Positions 40,534 through 45,288 of a stretch of 48,051 nt of DNA are shown here, piece after piece. Where the stretch lies: the IMG/VR virus record IMGVR_UViG_3300012663_001434, positions 1 through 48,051 of that record, one strand, 5' to 3'. This DNA comes from a virus (lineage: Duplodnaviria > Caudoviricetes). Each line of letters starts with the position of its first letter. The first letter of the stretch is position 1. The position numbers were made by a program, and so were the translations under genes. Below the pieces are notes generated by a model. The model had not been told where the DNA came from. It did no database searches and saw only the letters and a list, made by a program, of their open reading frames with translations.

Positions 40534-40602
40534 GGTGCAGTAAATTACAAGACTTCCACGCAGTCTGCACTGGACAGCTTTTTTAGTTGACAAACATTGT
40601 AA
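40534..40602 (+). ncRNA. HDV-like (theta-type) self-cleaving ribozyme
   Basis: P1 GGTGCAG/CTGCACT (G1-U), P2 TTACAA/TTGTAA, P3 ACT/AGT with L3 TCCACGC, P1.1 CC/GG, P4 CAGCT/AGTTG, J4/2 with C40591. Confidence 0.85.
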
Positions 40603-40621
40603 TAAGTAATAGATTTCAAAT

Positions 40622-40698
40622 CGTGGGTAGGACAAGATGGTTAGTCGAGAGTCTCATAAGCTCTATTCTGGGGGATTCAAGCGCCCCACCCGCAACCA
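40622..40698 (+). tRNA. tRNA-Met(CAT), C1:A72 mismatch (initiator-like)
   Basis: AGAGT-CT CAT AA-GCTCT; ends ACCA; atypical T arm. Confidence 0.75.
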
Positions 40699-40701
40699 AT
40701 T

Positions 40702-40777
40702 TTTGAGTGCTGTTAGATAAGGGATACTTCTTCACTATTAATGAAACCAAAAACCCCTTGTCGCCTGTTGCCTCAAA
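40702..40777 (+). ncRNA. Y-RNA-like stem RNA, short form
   Basis: TTTGAG/CTCAAA and GATAAGGG/CCCTTGTC stems; shares TACTTC and GCCTGTT with 42294-42424. Confidence 0.5.
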
Positions 40778-40787
40778 TTCTTTTAAC

Positions 40788-40864
40788 TGGACGGCATGCA
40801 GTAGTGGTGCTGCGCGAGTCTCATAAGCTCGATTGTATCGGTTCGACTCCGATCTGTCCTACCA
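40788..40864 (+). tRNA. tRNA-Met/Ile2(CAT), T1:T72 mismatch
   Basis: CGAGT-CT CAT AA-GCTCG; GGTTCGACTCC; CCA. Confidence 0.8.
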
Positions 40865-40869
40865 ATTTT

Positions 40870-40949
40870 GATTAGCAAAAAGGGTGTTTCAACAGCCATA
40901 ATGCGCTAATCCTTCAGAATTTCGGTGATCTGAAGAGAAAGAAAACACC
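40870..40949 (+). ncRNA. Pseudoknotted RNA of unknown class
   Basis: GATTAGC/GCTAATC, GGTGTTT/AAACACC, CTTCAGA/TCTGAAG. Confidence 0.45.
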
Positions 40950-40965
40950 GTGCAATTTTTAAAAA

Positions 40966-41041
40966 GCAGCGAATGGTATAACGGTTATTATTTCCCACTT
41001 TTGATGGGAGGATTTAGGTTCGAATCCTAATTTGCTGCCCA
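40966..41041 (+). tRNA. Atypical tRNA with anticodon TTT (Lys)
   Basis: TCCCA-CT TTT GA-TGGGA; canonical T arm; C73 can pair with G-1. Confidence 0.7.
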
Positions 41042-41044
41042 AAT

Positions 41045-41095
41045 AGCTCCCTGCTTGCAAGCGCGAGGTTTCATGAGCCTCATGGGGAGCGACCA
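41045..41095 (+). ncRNA. T-armless mini-tRNA-like RNA (CAT loop, CCA end)
   Basis: GCTCCC/GGGAGC acceptor, GCTT/AAGC mini arm, GAGGT-TT CAT GA-GCCTC, ACCA. Confidence 0.5.
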
Positions 41096-41109
41096 ATTTC
41101 AAAATATAT

Positions 41110-41201
41110 GGGTAAGCGGCAACGACGGTGGTGTTGCGGTAGACTGTAAATCTACTCTCATAGAGTGAACAATGGCGGTTCGAATCCGTCCTTACCCACC
41201 A
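41110..41201 (+). tRNA. tRNA-Tyr(GTA)
   Basis: GTAGA-CT GTA AA-TCTAC; long V arm; CCA. Confidence 0.92.
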
Positions 41202-41209
41202 ATTTCAAT

Positions 41210-41284
41210 GGGTCGTTCGTTCAACGGATAGGACTTCTGCCTTCTAAGCAGACTATAGAGGTTCGATTCCTCTACGGCCTACCA
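41210..41284 (+). tRNA. tRNA-Arg(TCT)
   Basis: TCTGC-CT TCT AA-GCAGA; CCA. Confidence 0.93.
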
Positions 41285-41287
41285 ATT

Positions 41288-41439
41288 TTCTCGTTTGGAC
41301 GCCTAACGACAAGATACGTTGGAGATGGCTCATGCCAGAGTCTCTGCAAGAGAGAATAATCAATAGAATAGGCGCGGGCATTAAGCGCAATAAAAATAAT
41401 TATTAATCAAAGCAGCGTAGCAAAGCTTGTTAACGAGAA
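41288..41439 (+). ncRNA. Structured RNA of unknown class
   Basis: Closed by TTCTCGTT/AACGAGAA; several internal hairpins. Confidence 0.4.
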
Positions 41440-41448
41440 TCATTTTAT

Positions 41449-41538
41449 GGGTGCGTGGTCGAGTGGTTTATGGCGTCGGTCTTGAAAACCGAAGGTGGTG
41501 AAAGCTGCCCGTGGGTTCAAATCCTACCGCACCCGCCA
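41449..41538 (+). tRNA. tRNA-Ser(TGA)
   Basis: TCGGT-CT TGA AA-ACCGA; long V arm; GCCA. Confidence 0.93.
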
Positions 41539-41546
41539 AATTTAAT

Positions 41547-41623
41547 CCCTGTCTGGTGTAAGTGGTCTGCACGATTCGCTGAAGACGAGTAGGATGCCTG
41601 ATCGAAACGGGCGACAGGGGCCA
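41547..41623 (+). tRNA. tRNA-Phe(GAA), atypical T loop
   Basis: CCCTGTC/GACAGGG; ATTCG-CT GAA GA-CGAGT; T loop ATCGAAA; CCA. Confidence 0.75.
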
Positions 41624-41631
41624 ATTTAAAA

Positions 41632-41708
41632 TCCTTGGATCGGCATATATAGTAATGCTACCACCGTGGAGGTGGAGGAAACTGATGCAAGCGCAGTGAA
41701 AAGGACCA
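41632..41708 (+). pseudogene. Degenerate tRNA-like element (TGG-containing loop)
   Basis: TCCTT/AAGGA plus CCA; CCACC/GGTGG stem; non-canonical T loop. Confidence 0.45.
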
Positions 41709-41719
41709 ATTTTTAATAA

Positions 41720-41794
41720 CGGGGTGAAGCTTTAATGGTGAAGCAGCAGGCTTTTAACTTGCAGAACTGGGATCGTTACCCAGCGCCCTGACCA
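41720..41794 (+). tRNA. tRNA-Lys(TTT)
   Basis: GCAGG-CT TTT AA-CTTGC; CCA. Confidence 0.85.
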
Positions 41795-41804
41795 ATTTCA
41801 ATAA

Positions 41805-41885
41805 CGGGGTCGTATCGTTGTCGGCGTCCAATGCTGTGAAAAGCGGAGGTTAGGTAATAAGTGGGACGAAACCCACACGGCACCA
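41805..41885 (+). ncRNA. CCA-ended tRNA-top-half RNA
   Basis: GTCGT/ACGGC plus ACCA; T-arm-like GTGGG-ACGAAA-CCCAC; no canonical anticodon arm. Confidence 0.4.
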
Positions 41886-41895
41886 TTTTTTTTAT

Positions 41896-41972
41896 GCAAC
41901 AAAAGCCACAGCGGACGGGCATCTGACTCTTACTCAGCTATCGTGTGGGTTCAACTCCCACTTGTTGCACCA
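41896..41972 (+). tRNA. tRNA-Lys(CTT)
   Basis: CTGA-CT CTT AC-TCAG; GCAACAA/TTGTTGC; CCA. Confidence 0.8.
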
Positions 41973-41976
41973 ATTT

Positions 41977-42100
41977 CAAACAAACTATTGTAACCACCAA
42001 GGCAAAGCTAAAACCTATCCGTTATTATTAATCAGACTCTTGTTGTTAGCGTTTCCCGTAGCGGGGCAATTAAAACAAAAATTAGAATGAGGTTTGTTTG
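41977..42100 (+). ncRNA. Structured RNA of unknown class
   Basis: Closed by CAAACAAAC/GTTTGTTTG. Confidence 0.35.
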
Positions 42101-42114
42101 TTTCTTTTTTCAAT

Positions 42115-42190
42115 TCCCAAGTAGCACAGCGGTAGTTGCGACTGGCTGTTAACCAGTATGTCGGTGGTTCGATCCCACCCTTGGGAGCCA
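42115..42190 (+). tRNA. tRNA-Asn(GTT)
   Basis: ACTGG-CT GTT AA-CCAGT; GCCA. Confidence 0.95.
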
Positions 42191-42197
42191 ATTTTAT

Positions 42198-42281
42198 GGT
42201 CAAGTCGCTTAGTGGTCGAGAGCGCCATCCTTGTAAGATGGAATACAAACACCGTGAGTTCGAATCTCACTTTGACCTCCA
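42198..42281 (+). tRNA. tRNA-Thr(TGT), extended variable loop
   Basis: CCATC-CT TGT AA-GATGG; 12-nt V region; CCA. Confidence 0.8.
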
Positions 42282-42293
42282 TTTTTAATGTTT

Positions 42294-42424
42294 TTATAGT
42301 GGTGATATGCATTGGTTACTTCTATTTGGCAGACGAGACGCAGGTTCGAATCCTGTCTCCGCGTATCGCGGAGTAGCTTAGTTGGATAAAGCGCGAAAAT
42401 ACCAAAGCAGCCTGTTCCCTGTAA
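42294..42424 (+). ncRNA. YrlA-like Y RNA (permuted tRNA module on a long terminal stem)
   Basis: T arm 42340-42356, acceptor closed as hairpin CTCCGCG-TAT-CGCGGAG, D arm 42376-42392; 5' and 3' ends pair. Confidence 0.75.
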
Positions 42425-42428
42425 TAAT

Positions 42429-42503
42429 TGGACTGTAGCTCAGAGGCAGAGCGCACGCCCGATAAGCGTGAAGTCGAGATTTCGAAATTCTCCAGTCCAA
42501 CCA
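42429..42503 (+). tRNA. tRNA-Ile(GAT), C33
   Basis: CACGC-CC GAT AA-GCGTG; CCA. Confidence 0.85.
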
Positions 42504-42510
42504 ATTTTTT

Positions 42511-42873
42511 ATGAATAAATGTTTCGAATGTAATTGTAATGGGAGTCTTCATAATCATCATGTAGTTCCTCGTTCTTTGGGCGGCACTAAAACAGTTAAA
42601 TTATGTGAGTCTTGTCATGGAAAAATTCATAATTTGAATTTTACTAATCATGGTTTATTGATCAAAGCTGGTATTAAAAAATCTTTAAAAAAGATGGGTC
42701 GCCCCAAAGAAAGTGGATATACTTCAGATCAAATTTTGCAAAAACATAAAGATATTGTTGATTTATTGCTTAATAATAGTTCAATTCGGGCTTCGGCCAA
42801 AAAAACTGGCAAAGGAATATCAACAGTTCAAAGAGTTAAAAAAATTCTTGACAGTCACCAAAACGCCTCTTAA
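42511..42873 (+). CDS. Free-standing HNH endonuclease with C-terminal HTH
   Basis: CFEC..HHVVPRSLGG..LCESCH; SIRASAKKTGKGISTVQRV. Confidence 0.8.
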   Translation: MNKCFECNCNGSLHNHHVVPRSLGGTKTVKLCESCHGKIHNLNFTNHGLLIKAGIKKSLKKMGRPKESGYTSDQILQKHKDIVDLLLNNSSIRASAKKTGKGISTVQRVKKILDSHQNAS

Positions 42874-42898
42874 TATGCGAACCAGTTTGGTGCTTAAT

Positions 42899-42973
42899 AG
42901 GCGCGTAGCTGAGTGGTTGTAGCCCCTCCTTGATAAAGTGGAGACGCAGGTTCAATTCCTGCCGTGCCTACCA
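42899..42973 (+). tRNA. tRNA-Ile(GAT), weak anticodon stem
   Basis: AGGCGCG/CGTGCCT; loop TT GAT AA; CCA. Confidence 0.75.
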
Positions 42974-43030
42974 ATTTCATTGACATCCCACGCCTCTGAC
43001 GCAAGCGTAATTTGGGATGTGTTTTTCAAA

Positions 43031-43102
43031 GCGTGTATCGTATAATGGTTATTACACAACGTTGCCAACGTTGATACGTCAGTTCGATTCTGACTACACG
43101 TA
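43031..43102 (+). tRNA. tRNA-Gly(GCC), no encoded CCA
   Basis: CAACG-TT GCC AA-CGTTG. Confidence 0.88.
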
Positions 43103-43112
43103 TTTTTTATAT

Positions 43113-43189
43113 CGTTCGCGGGCAGGCTGTCTGTATGCATTCCGTTTGGGACGGAAACGAGTAGGGTTGGATTCCCTAGCGAGCGACCA
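43113..43189 (+). tRNA. tRNA-Pro(TGG)
   Basis: TTCCG-TT TGG GA-CGGAA; C1:G72, A73; atypical D and T loops. Confidence 0.75.
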
Positions 43190-43198
43190 TTTTTATAT

Positions 43199-43296
43199 CT
43201 AGCGGTTGCCTAGCTTGGTAAGGAGCCTGACTTGGAATCAGGTAGCGGGGACAAGAGTGTTTACCGTCGTGGGTTCGAATCCCACCCGTTAGACCA
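43199..43296 (+). tRNA. tRNA-Pro(TGG) with long variable arm
   Basis: CCTGA-CT TGG AA-TCAGG; ~26-nt V arm; canonical T arm; CCA. Confidence 0.8.
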
Positions 43297-43304
43297 ATTT
43301 ATTT

Positions 43305-43383
43305 GCCTTGGCATCGGATGCTTGGTGATCCACGCGCTAATCGCGGAAATGTTAATGCGGTTCGAATCCGCAGCTAGGCATCA
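43305..43383 (+). pseudogene. Degenerate tRNA-like element, anticodon undetermined
   Basis: Perfect T arm TGCGG-TTCGAAT-CCGCA; CGCG-CTAAT-CGCG arm; ends TCA. Confidence 0.5.
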
Positions 43384-43408
43384 GATTTCAAAAAAATCAA
43401 AAAACAGG

Positions 43409-43436
43409 TTGACAAAAGATCCAATATCTGCATAAT
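43409..43436 (+). promoter_or_regulatory. Internal sigma70-type promoter (TTGACA-16-CATAAT)
   Basis: Upstream A-tracts; just upstream of tRNA-Ile(TAT). Confidence 0.7.
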
Positions 43437-43452
43437 CAATCTAATATTCAAC

Positions 43453-43524
43453 GCTTCGTTAGCTCAGTGGTAGAGCGGATTCTTTATAAGGGTCGGGTCG
43501 CTGGATCGTTCCCAGCACGAAGTA
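43453..43524 (+). tRNA. tRNA-Ile(TAT), no encoded CCA
   Basis: GATTC-TT TAT AA-GGGTC; canonical D arm. Confidence 0.85.
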
Positions 43525-43531
43525 TTTAAAT

Positions 43532-43606
43532 GGCTTGATCATATAATGGTTATTATGCACCCTTGGTATGGGTGATACTGGAGTTCGATTCTCCATCGAG
43601 CCTCCA
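43532..43606 (+). tRNA. tRNA-Thr(GGT)
   Basis: CACCC-TT GGT AT-GGGTG; CCA. Confidence 0.9.
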
Positions 43607-43619
43607 ACAATTTTCAAAC

Positions 43620-43694
43620 GGGCGATTAGTATAATGGAAGAATACTTGAATACGAATCAAGAGACGGCGGGTTCGACTCCCCCATTGCCTACCA
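43620..43694 (+). tRNA. tRNA-Arg(ACG)
   Basis: CTTGA-AT ACG AA-TCAAG; CCA. Confidence 0.85.
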
Positions 43695-43772
43695 CTTTGT
43701 GCAGATCACACCAGCACGTTAAAAAAGAGAAGAGTGTGGCGGCAGTCCTACGACGAACGTAGGCATTAATAT

Positions 43773-43849
43773 GGGGTTGAGGATAAAGAGTCGAGTCGTC
43801 TCTCTGTCGAAGAGAAGTAAAGCGGGTTCAAGTCCCGTCTGCCCCGCCA
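43773..43849 (+). tRNA. tRNA-Asp(GTC)
   Basis: TCTCT-CT GTC GA-AGAGA; GCCA. Confidence 0.85.
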
Positions 43850-43858
43850 ATTTCAAAT

Positions 43859-43938
43859 GGGATGATATGGCATGACCGCTGGGATCATATATGATCAGAT
43901 GATTTCGAAGCAGGGTTTGATTCCCTCACATTACACCA
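43859..43938 (+). pseudogene. Degenerate CCA-ended tRNA-like element
   Basis: AGGG-TTTGATT-CCCT T arm, ACCA end, GATCAT/ATGATC hairpin. Confidence 0.4.
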
Positions 43939-43964
43939 ATTTTTTCAATAGTTTTCATAAATAT

Positions 43965-44044
43965 GGGGTCTGGGACTGCATGGGGTGGTCGTCTCACTTG
44001 CAATGAGAAAATTCAGATCGGTTCAATTCCGATAGGCTCCACCA
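43965..44044 (+). tRNA. tRNA-Ala(TGC)
   Basis: TCTCA-CT TGC AA-TGAGA; G3:U70; ACCA. Confidence 0.9.
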
Positions 44045-44053
44045 ATTTTCAAT

Positions 44054-44175
44054 GCGGTCTAGTCAAAATAAACCCGAATTAAAAGACATTAAATCTCGGA
44101 ATGTCCAAGAAGAAGGAGATACGGGGTATTTCGGAGTCCCTAGCAAAGCGGGAGTGACGACCCGCCACCGCACCA
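44054..44175 (+). ncRNA. CCA-ended tRNA-top-half RNA with ~90-nt interior
   Basis: GCGGT/ACCGC plus ACCA; GCGGG-AGTGACGA-CCCGC T-arm-like hairpin. Confidence 0.45.
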
Positions 44176-44183
44176 ATTTTATC

Positions 44184-44262
44184 CCCGCAGCAGCAAGTGG
44201 CGGTTGCGACTCGCCTCCAAAACGAGTTTAAATAGTCAGTTCGATTCTGACCTGTGGGGCCA
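44184..44262 (+). tRNA. tRNA-Trp(CCA)
   Basis: CTCG(C)-CT CCA AA-(A)CGAG; G73; CCA. Confidence 0.8.
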
Positions 44263-44266
44263 ATTT

Positions 44267-44420
44267 TCCCTGCCTTTGAAAACAAGATCTTTCAAAGTAT
44301 TCTTTGGATATAAAGCTGGATCACGACCAGATGAGGCCAAGGACAGTCCGACACAAATTAAAGTATGGATGGATTCGTGGCCATCAGAAAATAGTCACTG
44401 TGTTTATTCGGTAGTGGGGA
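44267..44420 (+). ncRNA. Multi-hairpin RNA of unknown class
   Basis: Ends pair (TCCCTGCC/GGTAGTGGGGA); hairpins TTTGAAA/TTTCAAA, CTGG/CCAG, GATGG/CCATC. Confidence 0.4.
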
Positions 44421-44430
44421 CAGTTTTTAT

Positions 44431-44503
44431 CGCGTCGTGGGGAGAATGGCTATCTCACTGCCTGCAAAGCAGATTTATGCTGGTTCAAGTCCAGTCGGCG
44501 CGT
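44431..44503 (+). tRNA. tRNA-Cys(GCA), no full CCA
   Basis: CTGC-CT GCA AA-GCAG; U73. Confidence 0.85.
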
Positions 44504-44558
44504 CAGTTTTAATCAAAAGAATGTCGGCTTAACTCTTTATTCTGGTGTAATAAAGAGC

Positions 44559-44978
44559 ATGAAGGCTGAAAATTTAACTGAAAAAAAATGTAAATCCTGT
44601 TTTGTAATAAAACCTATTGAATATTTTTATCCACAAAAAGCGTATAATAAAGAAAAAACGTATAATACTTGGGATTGTAACTGTAAAGAATGTCGCATAA
44701 AAATCTCTACGAAACGTAGGCAAAAAATTAAAAGAGAAGCGATTTTATATTTAGGTGGAAAATGCGAAGACTGTGGAGAAAATAGAGATATACCGAGCAT
44801 ATATGATTTTCACCACAAAGATCCTAATCAAAAAGATTTTTCAATTGGCAAACAAGCAAAAAGTTTTGAATCAATAAAAAAAGAGTTAGATAAATGCTCT
44901 TTACTATGTGCTGTGTGCCATAGAATTAGACATTCTCATTATCAAAAGGAGGTCGGCTTAGAAGCAGCCATGGATTGA
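44559..44978 (+). CDS. Zn-finger HNH homing endonuclease inserted at the 5' end of the rRNA-like RNA
   Basis: CKSC..CKEC; LGGKCEDCG..YDFHHKDP..ELDKCSLLCAVCHRIRH. Confidence 0.85.
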   Translation: MKAENLTEKKCKSCFVIKPIEYFYPQKAYNKEKTYNTWDCNCKECRIKISTKRRQKIKREAILYLGGKCEDCGENRDIPSIYDFHHKDPNQKDFSIGKQAKSFESIKKELDKCSLLCAVCHRIRHSHYQKEVGLEAAMD

Positions 44979-45193
44979 GAAACCTCGTATAGCAATATAC
45001 GACCTTTAAAGAGTGGTGTAGCTACCTTTGGGTGCGAAATGTCAGCTAGTTCGGTAATAGAACATACTGATGATGTGCGGGAGGGTAAATAGTTGATACG
45101 TTGTGGTTAAAAGCCAGCACCAAAGAAAATCGGATGGTGTCAACAAGTAGGTTCCGAAGCCTCAAACCTTTGGCGTAAAAGCACACTTTTGAT
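44941..45193 (+). ncRNA. RNA carrying the 23S rRNA H43-H44 (uL11-binding) core with two insertions
   Basis: AGGAGGTCGGCTTAGAAGCAGCCAT...CCTTTAAAGAGTG...GCGTAAAAGCACACT, closed by ATCAAAAG/CTTTTGAT. Confidence 0.8.
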
Positions 45194-45204
45194 TATTTTT
45201 TAAT

Positions 45205-45278
45205 GGGGGATTGATGTAATGGTAGCTTGTCTGATTTACATTCAGATCGCGGGGGTTCGACTCCCTCATCCCCTACCA
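45205..45278 (+). tRNA. tRNA-Val(TAC)
   Basis: TCTGA-TT TAC AT-TCAGA; CCA. Confidence 0.9.
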
Positions 45279-45288
45279 ATTTCTTTCT

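Noticed and set aside
40587-40617. TTGACA promoter before tRNA-Met
   Set aside because: The hexamer lies within ribozyme P4/J4-2 and has no good -10
43305-43383. Amber suppressor tRNA (CTA in the loop)
   Set aside because: Loop is 5 nt or lacks U33, and the 3' end is TCA; anticodon cannot be assigned
43700-43768. Ribozyme between tRNA-Arg and tRNA-Asp
   Set aside because: Only two simple stems (CACAC/GTGTG, CCTACG/CGTAGG); no catalytic consensus recognised
43031-44510. Further theta ribozymes after CCA-less Gly, Ile(TAT) and Cys tRNAs
   Set aside because: Followed by short T/A-rich spacers with no HDV fold
41165-44512. Short ORF-track ORFs overlapping tRNAs (41165, 42015, 42158, 43017, 43232, 43568, 44204 and others)
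   Set aside because: Shadow frames of RNA genes
44941-45193. True rRNA gene or host contamination
   Set aside because: Only H43-H44 is present, interrupted by non-rRNA inserts and embedded between phage tRNAs
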